A DNA stretch of 64,000 nt from Cenococcum geophilum. Lineage: Eukaryota. The notes below the pieces were generated by a model that did no database searches, was not told where the DNA came from, and worked only from the letters and a program-made list of their open reading frames with translations. Position numbers and translations under genes: made by a program. The DNA is taken from positions 20,026,001 through 20,090,000 of the forward strand of contig CP158635.1 in NCBI GenBank assembly GCA_050273025.1, read 5' to 3'. Positions 12,622 through 26,000 of the stretch are shown here, piece by piece (the stretch's first letter is position 1; every line of letters starts with the position of its first letter).

Positions 12622-15600
12622 CTAATCCCCTTTGATATCTTCGGCATCCCGTTGCCCTTGTAGCTGAGAAATCATAGCAGTGAGCTGCTCTACTTGCGAA
12701 CTGAGCTTGAGAACCAATGATCTCACCTGGGCGTCCGATTCGGAGGAGACCGTCGCGGTGTGGTGGCGACTGCCTATGGGAGATCTGCCGGGGAGGTTCT
12801 CGTCAAGGGAGGCTTGGACGCCTGTCGCAGGCGCCAACGGTCGCGGAGAATTAACCGATGACTTCAGAGGTGGCCGTTTCATCATTGGAGAAGGTGCGGG
12901 TCCTCCCATCGACGATACTCGCGATGCCCGACCGATCGAACGATTCATGAAATAGCTATATCCATGTTCATAGACCCATATCGCTGCAACGAAAGGGATA
13001 TGAGTGAGCCTCAGCAGGACTATTCGAGTGCTTCTCAACTTTTCCGCTGGAAGGACGAGTCGGAGCGGTCGGAAAAAAAGTGGGATCAGGTTCTGCAGCA
13101 CCAGTAAGTCACATTATCGACCACACCGTTGTAAAAATCATCTAAAAACGCTGAAAGGCGAATGGCAGCTCAAGGTCAGTTGGCGAATAGGATTCGGAGG
13201 AATGCACCGCCAACAGCTGCGCATCTCAACCACTCAGCCCCGAACTACCAGAGCAAGGCTTAAGATCACCGCTAGCCAAACCCAAGCATTCAAGGATTTT
13301 TTAAAAAAAAGTAAATAGACGGGGTAAACATAAGCGGTTGGTGCTCGATGGTTGGGTAAATCAACCCCGAGGCTATGCTCGTAGCGAGTGTATGGAGTTA
13401 CCGGCGCTTATTTTGCAGCGTTTCAGATGTTACTGAAAATAGCAGAAGCACTCACCAGCGGCGGAAGATAATACGTTAACCGGTTCGATGTGGAGGCTTC
13501 CAAGACATATACCGAGTAACTGTGAATCTACGGTCAGAGGCATTGCGGTGAAGTCAGCCTTGCGCCAAGTACCCACATATACAAATATTCGTCGCGGGCG
13601 TGATCCAGAACCTAACATTAAGCGTTAGAATACTCTACTTTTACACATAACTAGCACGCCTTGCGATTGTTTCAGGCACAAACCACGCCGGCCTACGCGA
13701 GATTCTCTCAAGTGCAGATTCTCTAATGCGAAAAGGCGGAGGGAGGTTCTGTAGCTAGAATCCATTCGGCTGGCGTTGGTGTTCCATGCGATTGCAAGGA
13801 TTGTAAAAATATTCGGTCTTGTCCAACCATTTTGCCAAGACCATCATTTTCGCTTACTAGGGCGATGCAATGGCCAGACGACAGAATGGAGTCTTTCTTA
13901 CTTTGGTTAAACTGTTCGACAGCAGCGAGATCAATGAGGTGATAAGGAGGATGTTAGTCAAAGCCACGAAGACCAGCTGCAGCATTGGTCAGCGGACAGG
14001 AAATGCATGTGGTGAAGAGGCTGAAGTCCCACCATTACGGGCGGTCCAAAGTATGGGGAACTAGTAACTAGTCAGAAAGCAAGGAACTTCGAGCAATTTT
14101 TACTCTTTCCGGGATTGTACATCTCCTGAGCCACATCCTGTAGTAGCTCCGTCAGTCACTTTGCGCACTCATGCAGGCTCAGCCCAATTCTAACTCCTAC
14201 GGGAAACTCACGAATCCAAGATAGCTTGACCTGTCCGAGGACTTAGCGAATTGGTGACGGCAGTGGCGGGCCAACGCTGCCTCACTCACCCAAAGAATAC
14301 TTTAACCAGGATCCAGGACATCTCACTCGGGGTGAACTGATCTCGGGCAAGTAGAGTGAAAGTTGTCAGGAATCCTGAGTGTGCATCAGCTTTTCGTTAG
14401 TGCTTTAGGATATGTAGCGGTGAGGTCATACCAAGATAAAGTATAATTACTAACGAAAGAAATTTACAAAAATCTTTCGTCTGCGGGTCGATCACAGTCG
14501 GTCAGGGTCACCGCCAGATGTTTACAGTCCACTCACCATTTCCTTAAGGCAAGGTATCTGTGCTTTTCCTTAGCTCGGCGTGCCCGAAAATGAAAATTAA
14601 ACAATGATTCAAATGGTGGAAGATATATTAGCAGACCCCGGAATGATTCTTGAATGCCGCAAAGGGTGGCAGGACAATTGAAGTAGATCCAGCCGCCACC
14701 AACTACGGCCCGCTAGAGGCAAGTCTGAACAAGAAAAAACACCAATGGATGAAAGAAACACTTACTAACGTCCCAAAGTACGGATTTAAGCTCAGCAAAG
14801 AACATATTCTGATCACACGTTAGAGCTAGGTCCGCAGATGGAGGTAGAAGTCTATCCGTGTTACCTTGGAACCAAAAGAAGTGCTTCCAGAGCCAAAATA
14901 TCAAATGACATTTCAATGATCTCGGCGGAATTGATATTTAGTCCAACAATTCCTAGATTAGGTCAGTTAAAAGCGGCTCCTTACTCTAATCGTGTGATGA
15001 TTGATTACTTAGAACTAGGAAAGCTGTCCCAACTGCTACGATGCCGAGGTCCCACAAGAACCAAAAGTCGGTAGTGTAGAAGGAGGTTTGTCCAGCGTCT
15101 TGAATCTCCCCGAACTCATCATATGCAAATCCAGCAATCCATATGTAAAGGAGGATCTCCGCAGGAGTTATTCTAGAGAAACTTCGTTGAACAAGCACAG
15201 CATAATACAAAGCTAAGAATGTTGCAAAGAAAATAGTCTCGAATGTTTTCAAATATCTGGGAACTCGCAGTCTGCAAAAAGGGTCTGCACGCCTTTGTGT
15301 CCATCAGCAAAGTTATGAAGTGATCATCAAAAGTTGAAAGGAATGAAGAAGCTGGTTGGTACTCCAGCGGAACCCACCTTCTGTTATACAATTTAGCTTG
15401 CTTGACGGAGTTTACACTCAATGTTTCCCAAAACACGATGTCACCCTTAAAGAGTTAGCACATGGAAGGTTGGCTAGTTAGGGTGCGCGCAATATGCCTC
15501 ACCCGCCATATACCATTTATGATTTTCTGGACGGCACGTTGGCTGAGAAATTTCTTGGAACCAGAAACGGCCGCTATCTCCAAGGCACTAAGATGCACAA

Positions 15601-16522
15601 ATTGAGAAGTGAAGTCGTCACTGTGGGCAGCGCCCGCCGTATTTTCGGTGACCGAGTCCGTACCAAAATGGGATGACGTTCGGGAATATCGGAGCCTCTC
15701 GGACCTTGACGTTTCTGGAAGAAGTGGTGTGCCTTCGTGCGCTGAGTTGTTTGCTGTGTTGCCGTTTGATTGGCTTGTTATTCTTGCCTCCGCATCTTGG
15801 GATTGCTCTATCCCACGAGCCACAGGTGGCAGCTCGTAAAGAAGAAAATCGATAGCCTCTCTTTCAGAGAGATGCGTCACAAACCGCCAAGCAACAATCT
15901 CACAGGCATACCCTCTTGCCTCATTGACTCCTCGATCATCATCGGATTCCAGAGCTGAAAAGTGCGTCTTGAGAGCGCTACCACCAAGTCAGCATAAACA
16001 TACTCTGCTGTTACTCTCAAAGCCACGTAGATGCTGGTGTGCTGCTACTCGGTGTTGCCAGCATCTGCGAGGGTTTATGGAATACTAACAGAAGAGCTGA
16101 TACTATGGCAGGGTGATGAACATCATCGGAGAGATATCTAATTAGTGGCGCCAAAGACCGACCTGTTGGGAGTGTGCGAAGCTCGCCAAAACTATGAGGG
16201 GCTTCAATGGCATCTGCAAAATAGCTATTTAGCATTGAGGTTAGCCCAAGACTCTGTCTACAAATGGAAATGATCAATCGAAACAATAGGAAACAGTCTT
16301 TTTTGACCACTAACGGCGACCAGCATCGAGCAGTTACAGCGCTAAGCCAATTACCTCAAAGAGGCGAATACCTCTTTGAAAATAATGTTTAGTCAATTGA
16401 GGGCAGAGCTTAGCTTACAAAGAGAGCTTCCTGACGATGTCGGCGAAGGGCTCATCATCCTCGATGACAGGCACTTCTGGGGAGCTTTCGGTCCACATCG
16501 GGGTGGTTGGTCGAGACGCCAT
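12622..16522 (-). CDS. YVC1: YVC1/TRPY1-like non-selective cation (TRP) channel, many introns
   Basis: Exons encode EARGYACEIVAWRF, SALEIAAVSGSKKFLSQRAVQKIINGIW, DPFCRLRVPRYLK, a hydrophobic transmembrane series (EILLYIWIAGFAYDE, WFLWDLGI, NILLITSLISLLSNS) and a coiled-coil C-terminus. Full exon map not resolved; family-level assignment. Confidence 0.82.
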
Positions 16523-16790
16523 TTTGACCTAAGGTTCAGGGTTTATCACAATTTCGGTATCAAGGTGGGAGACAGCCATGAAGGGCACGTAGTAGAAATT
16601 GTGAGGACGAGAAATTGGTGTTTTCCTAGTGCGACGCGATGACACCACGAAACTAAAAGTTTACAGTCTTGGCAATGTTAAAACGCCCTATCCCTGTAAT
16701 CGATGCACTTCACATCCACCAAGACATGAACAGACGTTCTTTTGAACTTAGCAGATTTTTATTACTCAATCTCCTGAACTGTTATCCATT

Positions 16791-19332
16791 ATGCTAACCT
16801 CGGTCACTAACAACATTACTCGCCAGGGACTCATCACCCTTGAAGCCTATCTCAGCGAAATCGAGTGTCTTCCTCCCCATAGGCCTAGAAGGTCAAGGCA
16901 TTATGACCAAGCATTACTTGCTACAATTCCTGTGCTAGAAGAAGGTGGAACACAGATTGCTCAAATACCAGAACGTCTGATTTCGTCCTCACATCCCGCA
17001 ATACCTCAGGATTTTACGGGTGACCGTGCTGATAAAAATGCAATCAAAACCATTCAGATCGAAAATTCAATCCAACCATACCCATGCAAAAAAGCTAGTC
17101 TCTCAGTAACCTCTGCTAAAAAACTGCATCTAGAGCCAATGACTAGAGAGTTTCGCAGTTACTAGGAAGGTAGGGAATTAAACCTTCGGTCAGAAAGAGC
17201 TAATGAGAAAGCGCTATCTCTACCTGCAGCCATCTTTACGGATTCTATTCATGATACAAACACCAGCAAAAACACCATTAACCTATCTCCTACACACAAG
17301 GAAAATACAGATATGTGCAATGATCGGGATTTCCCCGGTACCCGGCAGGAAAACCCGATATCAGAGGATGCTGAATATCATGGATACACACCTGGCAGAC
17401 CAATCCTATTCGTAAAGGCCGGTACACGGAGAAGAAGACTCCCAGCTTACACTTGTGCCAGAAATATCTGACTATGAATCCAAAAATTCGGTAGGGGTTT
17501 GAAACTATATAAGTGATCTGAATATCGGCTTACTTGAGCTTGGAGTATCAGACAAGCAACTGTGATACTTCCGCTCTCTTATCCGATACTATTGAAGATA
17601 GCCAAGGGGCCCTTCTCAATCGTGTCATATTGCCAATGTCAAAGCCCGAAGATTATGATGCCATGCATTTCTGTAGTCTTCCAAGGATATTCCAGACTAC
17701 CAAAGTTTCAGACCACGCCAAAACCAGTCCGTTGTATCTATCTTTTCCAGAAGTCAACAAACAGTACAAAGGGAACTCAAAGAGACAAGACATTGGTACT
17801 GACGGTTTTGTTGGATTAGAGCGGCATATTTCTAAGGACAGCTCGAGATTAAGGCGCCGAAATCGATCACGCATTTTTGGTCATAGCAAGCTGACTCTGG
17901 CGAATGGTGACCTCCCGAAACCAAGCTTCTCCGAACTCAGGCCCGCAAGCCGACTTTTGCTAGGAATGTCAAAAGGTAACGTTACGGTTTGTTTCTAAGA
18001 TGACTTAGATGAGCGTATAGATCCTCCGAGATCTCAAACGGCCTCTAATTCATTTAACTCAGGAAATCGCCTATCTATTAGTCAACTTAAAGTGCAAGAA
18101 CCTTAGGAGCAAGACGCAAGCCACAAAAGAGGATCAGATGCAAGAGCACAGCCCAGACCTCAAATCAAGCGAAGGATGGCATTCGGCTGCGACATTTGCT
18201 TCCAATTATCCAGCGTCACCGCCCCTACAAGAGTTTCCTCTAGCAGCGACTTAGAAGGAAGCGAATCTGAGAGAGCAGGCAGTACCAGCTTCAGACCTGA
18301 GACTACTTACGACAGCAGAAGAGGCGGAGGCCGACGAGAGGACCCGCATCATCCTTTTAGGAAGCACTTCACCTCAGTTGATGAAGGTGCCGATATTTTG
18401 AACTCCAGGGCTCTTGAAGATCCAATGTCACACTCGCCCGGGCCAAGCAGCGAGGATGAAACCGGGGAATGAATCGATTGAGGCGCAAGAGGCCATTTAC
18501 GACAAAGCAAGCCCACCCTTTAACTCACGAGGCTCCTGTTACCCTAGCGAACTAATTAATTGTGTTGATGCGGGCGAGATTGAAAATTATTTACATCCGC
18601 CCTCAAAAGCAACTCGTACTGTAAGGATAGCATCAACAAGTGTTCACATACCACCAACAACAAGCACCACCTCTCCATTGCCACGGCAAACAGGTAAGGA
18701 TAGTGCTCAACCACAAACCGTGCGCTGTGTCTTCTTGGTCTTCGACCTACCAACTTAGAAATTCATCACTGATTCCCTATATTATCTAGAAAGCGCCCCT
18801 GAAGCCTATACTAAAAAGAGGTTAGTTTGCACACTGCTCTTGTGACCAACTCTGACAAGGATTAGATTTAGACGGGGCAAAGAAATCGAGGTATTGGCTC
18901 ATCTTATATAGAGCTGCCTGAGGTTCTTTGGAAGGGCAACGCTAATTCCATAACGTAGATTCCCTAGAACCCTTCTCAGTTATGACACATGAGCAAAGTA
19001 ACTGTTTTATTACCACAGATCGCCAGCTGGGCTCTGATGAGCTTGACGGATCTTGGAGACTCTTGCGGAGCTTGATGGGAATGTAGGAAGAGCGAGAAGA
19101 TGACGAACACGAACTCTTCGAGCCAAATCCGGCCTTCGCCTTAAGGCTATCTCATATCAATTCCCTGTCACGAGTGACCCTCTCAACGTGTCCAGATTGC
19201 AGCTGGCGGCCCCCCGAAGAATCTTCAACCTTGGTTCAGAGTACCAATCAAAAATGTGGAACGGTTCCGAGAAGCAGGCGGAAAATGCCGTCGCTCCCGT
19301 CCCAACCACCATTCGTAAAACTAAGCGAGTGA
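16791..19332 (+). pseudogene. Degenerating spliced hypothetical gene at the edge of the RIP block
   Basis: Plausible introns (e.g. 17976-18020) join ORF segments in frame. In-frame TAGs at 17163, 18104 and 19084 and an apparent +1 frameshift in GGGG near 18465. Ends RRKMPSLPSQPPFVKLSE*. Start is uncertain. Confidence 0.55.
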
Positions 19333-20030
19333 GACTGCTCCATATATTTTTTTATGTTCACCTGTAGTACTAAGCGTTGATTTATTGGTCTATTCAGAGG
19401 CTCGGCTCTCAAATTTTATAGTGCTAAGAATACACTATATATAATTGGGAAATCACGTAAAAAGAACTAATTATATCCTCTTTTACTAAGCTTAGCTTTC
19501 CCTAAAAACCAAAATATAAATATCCTTTAAATATTTATCTATTACCTAATCTACCTAACCTAAGTTTAGATACTCTAAACTCGGTTACCTTACTAAATTT
19601 ATCGCTGCTACTTTAGAAGCTATCTACGCCTAACTAAATTAATGTCGGGTGAAACCTGAGCAGATAGCTATATAGCTGCGAGGTACGTGCGCTGCACGTG
19701 CCTAGGGAAAACCCTTCCTAACCTCGCATACAGACTCCTCATTTTCCCTTAAGGATTCATCTGTCTATATAATATACTCTATTGTTCTATTAATTGGACT
19801 CCCTATTTACATCCTCACCTTATAATTAAATTAATTATTTACCCCTACGTGCTATTTAATATATTGGCCTTGACCTTTCTACCTAATACCTTTTAAGGCT
19901 TTAAATTTGGCTCCTTTACCCTACCTCCTCTATAGCCTCCTTAATTAAATCTATAAATCTAGACTTTATATTTAGATCTATAGCTACTTACCTATTTATT
20001 CTAGTGTGTCCAAGAGTTAGTGTTACTAGC

Positions 20031-23000
20031 TGTTATAAACGCTTTAAGTACAATGTTACGACTACTTGGAGAGGAGTCAAAAGAAGCTAGTTAGTTAATA
20101 TAAGCACGGTTTAGGATAGAACCCGTGGAACTATGTGACGAGGAATAGTAAGCAGAGTCACGTGATGTAATCTATATAATCTGTATAATCTATAAGATCT
20201 GTAATAAAGCGAATAGAGCAGACAGAGTAGATAGAGTAACGACTTTCTTAGAAGTATAGTTGTGTATTTAAGGACCCTTAGTCCCTACCTAGATAGTTCC
20301 TTCCTTATAGTAATTCTTAGAATATAATTGGAGTTAATCTATTAGGCAACCACTCTACTAGTTATTATTACGTTATTAACTTACTTACAATACCTATATA
20401 CCTAGCCTATTAATAAGTCTACCGTAGTTTCTGCTATAAGGCTCCGTTATATAATTACTACTATAGTTACGGTTTTAATAAGTTAAATAATATACCACTA
20501 AAAGCAGCCACTATAACGCCATTAACAGCGGCAACTACTTTAAGATTAGGTAATAACACTAGTATAGTAGACACTAACTTATAATAACCTATAATAATAG
20601 GACAGTTATAAGAGATAGTTAACTAATTAATAGGGGATAATATAATACTTAAAAATAGGATTAACGGGATAGGAGTAGTAAAGATTAAGCTACTATTAAT
20701 TAAGAGATTCTTAGGGGAAAGATTAAAGTTTAAAGGATTCCTTATATAAATATACTTTAAGGTTTTATAAGAAGGAGCTAAGCTACTAATACCTATAGAT
20801 TAAGTAGCGTATATAGGATTATTCTTATTAGAAAGGGCACTTAAATAATTTAAGCCTTACCTTATAGAGATATAAGTAAATAGAATAACGACTATAAACT
20901 AAGAGGTACGGTTTATATTTTTAAGCTAGGGCAGATTTATAGAGTGACTTACGTAAATATTTAGAGATCTAAAGGTAATAACTATGGTAGAAAAAAAACT
21001 CTAAGATATTATATAACGAACTTTAGTAATTAAGTATATAATGTAGTTCTAAACGCTAGTAATATAAGTTAAGTAGAATAATAAGGCGCTTATAATATAG
21101 TATAAATAGGGACTTAAGGCTAAAGTCTAGGACGTAATTATCCTAATAAAAGATGTGGATACCCTAAGGGAACTAATAGATTAAGTAATAAAGATTAATA
21201 ATAGGATCTACTAAAGGGAATAGGCTAAAAGGGCTAGAATAGAGTTTTATAGTTATATAAGACGTAAAGTACGTAATAACCTAAGCTAAATTAAAAAATA
21301 TAGTATGGCGTAGAGCTAATAGACCTAAGTAGTACTAAAGAAACCTATAAGAGATGGAGTAAGAAACTATAGAAACCTAAAAGTTAGGGATTAAGTAATT
21401 ATAGGACTAGGGAGTATAGGCTAAACCAAGGATCTTAGTAGTAGAAGATATTTAAGCAAACTCTATAATAAAAGTAATGGTTTAAAAATAGAGCTTATAT
21501 AAATTGCGGAAAATAGGGTTATTTTACTAAAGACTATAAAAGTAGTTAGAGTTATTACGTAGTAAAGGGAATTAAACTAGTAGTATGTGATATATATATA
21601 TAGAGGGATAATAGTACGCTATAAGGAATAAAAGAATGTTTAATTAGAAGTTTTGCGTTTTATTATAATAACGTATACTAAATTTATAAAGACGCTAAGT
21701 ATAGTATAAGCTATTAGCTATAAGAGCTAGAGTTAAAAAGACTTAAAGGAACTAAAGAGTTAAATAAAGAATAAAATCGACTCTATAAGCTAAATTAAGA
21801 TATTATAGCAATATATAGATAAAGATTAGTAATAATAACAATAGAGTTAGAGTACTTATTAATTAATAGTAATAAGGGTAATAAAGGAACTAACTAGGGG
21901 TATTTAAACCTTAATAATGTAATAGAAGTAGAGACTAAGACCGCTATAGAGTAAGGTTTAGTAATAGGTATTATAATACTATTGGATATAGTATTTATTA
22001 CTTTATAAGATAAAAGGAGTAATATTTAGAGATAATTAAGTAAGTAGATAATTGCTAGTGCTAGCTTACTACTTAATAAAGGCAAAAGGCTAAAGGCTTA
22101 AGATTCTTAAAATAAGATAAGAGATAACTAAGATTCTTAAGATAAAATAAGGTATGCTTAAGGACCTATAATAGATAAAAACCGATAGAATAGAGTAATA
22201 GCTTAGTTTAGCAATATATAAATAAGCTTAGGATGAAGTTTTCTAAAGGTATAAGACTTTTAAGATAAGATAAGTAAGATCTAGGACTTTTAAGACGAGA
22301 TAAGAATATTAGTAAAGCCTAGTTAAACTAAGGCTAGAGTATAGCTTAAGAAAGAAGTAAGCTTAGGGTTAAAGAATCTAAGGGGTTAAGAATTTGGAGT
22401 ATAAATAAGGATACCTATAAGAAAGAAGTAAGAGACTTTACTATAAATTAGGGAATTTATAGTATAAATAGTAGTTAGATTAGGAGATAGATATATAAAC
22501 CTAGAAGACTTACTAGGCAAATATAGTATTTAACCTAAAGATTAAAAAGTTAATATAGCAATTAAGAAGTAAGAGAACTTTAAGGATCTAATTATAAGAT
22601 ATAAACAATAAGAAACTATAAATAAGTTTAGAGCAAAAATCCTTATATAATAAAAAAAGAAACTAGATATAAAATCTAGTATATTAGGTTATATAAAGAA
22701 TAAAGCACCTATATAAAGAATTACTAATAGACTAAGAATAGGTATACTAAGAGCTAAGTAGCTTACTAAACTAAAAAATAAAGAGGATTTAGGGATTTTA
22801 ACTAGGTTCGAAGAATAATATATAAAAGGCTATTATAATATAGTAATAAGAAGATACTTCCTTATGGACAAGCCGTATATACTTTAGCAGCTATATTAAA
22901 AGTGGTATAGGTAAAGATATAATAATAAGTAGGAAGATTTTTATATATAGTTAGATAAAAGAGTTATCTAAAACTATTTAATTACGGAAAAAGCAATAAA

Positions 23001-26000
23001 TTATATTAAGGGAGCCTTAATTATAATATTAAAGGATCTAGAGGAACGATTAAAGGATTAAAGAAGTAAAAGATGCGTCTTAGTACCTATAAATAAAGTT
23101 ATAACGTTTAGATTAACGCGATAAAGGTTTAAACTTAAGGATAAAGATAAGTTAAAAGTTAACCTAAAGCATGTGGCATACTATATGCTATTATAGATTA
23201 TATATATAGACAATATATATAAAATGCATAAAAATCTAAAAGAAAAGAACTGGAAATACCCTATAAGGATATATTAGGCGCTAAATAAATAATAGTATAA
23301 AAATGCTAAGTATATATACGGCTGGTATTTAATAAAAGTTTAGGAGTTAAAAGACTTAATACTTTAACTAAAAAAATTCCTTACGGAAGAATACCTAGAT
23401 AGATAATAATAGTGGGAATATCTAGAGAATACCTATTTATAGTATATTAAAGATAAAAAGTAGACTAAGTATTAGCTAAAGAGTAAGTTAAGTATATAAG
23501 AATTAAGCAGCTAATAGTTAGAAAAAGTAGAGGCCTATAGAACTAGAGGAAGCTAGTAGTAGAGTCTTAAACCCTTAAAGGAATTTAAGAACAATACCTA
23601 AATTTAAAAGTTAATTAGTAAGATTAATAGTTTAAAGTATTAGTAGATAGTAGAGTAATATAAAACTATATCTTACTAGTAGCAGTTAAAAGGATGGGAC
23701 TACTATATAGGCAAAAAGAGCACCCTTATTTATTAGTAACAATTTTAGGATATTTAATAGCCTATAAAAAAGGTATTATTAATCTTAAAACGGGACCTAT
23801 TTAGATAACTATTAAAGGGAAATAAGTTAAGATATCTTTTAATATATTACTATTAGGGAATAATAAGGTAGTATTAGGAATGCTTTAGTTATAGAAATAT
23901 AATCTAAAGATTAATTAGGTTATAGGTTAGGTTAATATTAGAGATATATAATAATATAAAATATAATAACAAACTAAGTTAGTATAGTATTAAGTTAGAG
24001 TAATATATAAGGAAACTAATTAAGGATTAAGTTATATACTAAAGAGATACTATAAATATAGTAAGAAGCTATAGTTACTAGAAAGTAAAAAGCTATTAGA
24101 TTATATAGTATAGGACTATAAGATAGAATTAGAACTAGAAATAAGTCTAAGGTTTTACCTAACCTATAAGTTAATAGAAAAAGAATTATAGGCACTTAAA
24201 GAGTTTATTTAGGAAAACCCTTAAAAGGGATATATTAGACTATCGCAGTTATTAGTAGGATATTTAGTACTATTCGTACTAAAGAAGAATAGAAAACTTA
24301 GACTATATATTAACTATAAATAGTTAAATAGCATTACTAAAAAGAATAGGTATCTTTTACCCTTAATAAGTGAAATCTAAAATAGGATTAGTAACACGTA
24401 AATCTTTATAAAGATAGATCTAAGATAGGCGTACTATTAGATTAGAATTAAGGAAGGCAATAAATAAAAGGCAGCCTTTAGGTTAAAGGAAGGACTATAT
24501 AAACCACTAGTTATATAATTTAGGCTTATAAATATATTAGTAACGTTTTAGAAGTATATTAATAATATATTAAGAGAACACTTAAATAAATTTATTATAG
24601 TATACCTTAACAATATTATTATCTACTTAATAAATAAGGAAGAATATAGAGAATATATTAAATGGGTTTTAAAGAGACTATAAGAAGAACAGATACTAAT
24701 AGCAATTAAAAAATATAAATTCTTTACTAGGAAAATAGATTTTATTAAATTTATTATTAAACTAGGCTAACTTAGTATAGATCTAAAGAAGATTAAGGCT
24801 ATAGTAAATTAGTAAGAACTAGAAAATATAATATAGTTAAGGTTATTTCTAGGGTTCTATAACTACTATAGAAGGTTTATAGCTTAATAGTTAAAGAATA
24901 TTAAGCCACTTATAAGATTAATAAAGAAGGAAGAACTATAGGTATAGGGAGAGAAATAAAAGGAACTATTTAAGAAAGTTAAATAGTTATTTACCTAGAA
25001 GCTAGTTCTTAAAATCTATTAGCTATAATTAGAGATAGTAGTTAAAATAAATTATAAGAACCTAATGGGGTTCCTAATAATAAAAGAACTTAACTATAAA
25101 TAAATTAGATAGGCGGAGATACTTATAGAATACTATTTTAAGATTTAATATACTAAGGGTATAGAGAATATATAAGCGGATGCTTTAAGTAAAAAAGCTA
25201 AACTATAAAATAATAAAAAGCCATTAAGGGCTTTATTATAAAGGGATATAGATAAATTAATTAGGTATAATTATCTAAAAATCGCAGCAATATAAGAAGA
25301 GAAGATCTATAAATTACTAGAGAGTAATTAGATATAAAAGATCCTAGATATATAAATAAAGGATCTAGACTTAGAGCAGTATAAAAATTAAAAAGTAATA
25401 TATATACTAAGAGCTATTATAAAAGAGTTTATTAAGTTATTTTATAAAGAACTAACTTAAGGATATAACGGAGCTATAGGCTTAGTATTAAAACTTTAAG
25501 AAGAGTATATTATTAATAGAATTTAAGGACTAGCTAGGTAAGTTATAAAAGAATATCTAAATTATTAAAGGAATAAACTAATAAGGTATAAGCTATATAG
25601 AGAGCTATAACCTATTAAAATACTAGAGAGACTATAGGAGGTTATATTATAGGACTTTATTATTAAGTTACTAAAGTTAAGAGACCCTATTATTAGATAA
25701 GATTATAACGCGATCTTAGTAATAATAGATAAGCTTATAAAGTAGGGATACTTTATAGTATATTTAGAAGAAATATTAGCGGAAAATATCGCTAAAATCT
25801 ATATTAAAGAAGTATTTATAAGATATAGAGTACTAAGTAAAATTATATTAGATAGAGATCTAAGATTTATAGTAGTATTTTAAGAAGTGTTCTTAGTAGA
25901 GTAAAGAGTTTAAGTAGTAACTTCTACTATATATTATTTATAGACAGACAGTTAAATAGAAAGATTAAATTAGATACTAAAATAGTATCTAAGGTATTAT

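Noticed and set aside
2687..16522. ATG18, PI31 and YVC1 as a functional proteostasis/vacuole cluster
   Set aside because: Ordinary neighbouring housekeeping genes; no shared regulatory motif or other evidence of co-regulation is visible.
19643..19811. Possible solo LTR (TGTCGGG...TTTACA)
   Set aside because: The flanks ATTAA and TCCTC do not form a TSD and there is no second copy in the window. The RIP-mutated host sequence around Gypsy copy 1 (19400-20030, 27839-28198) could not be classified.
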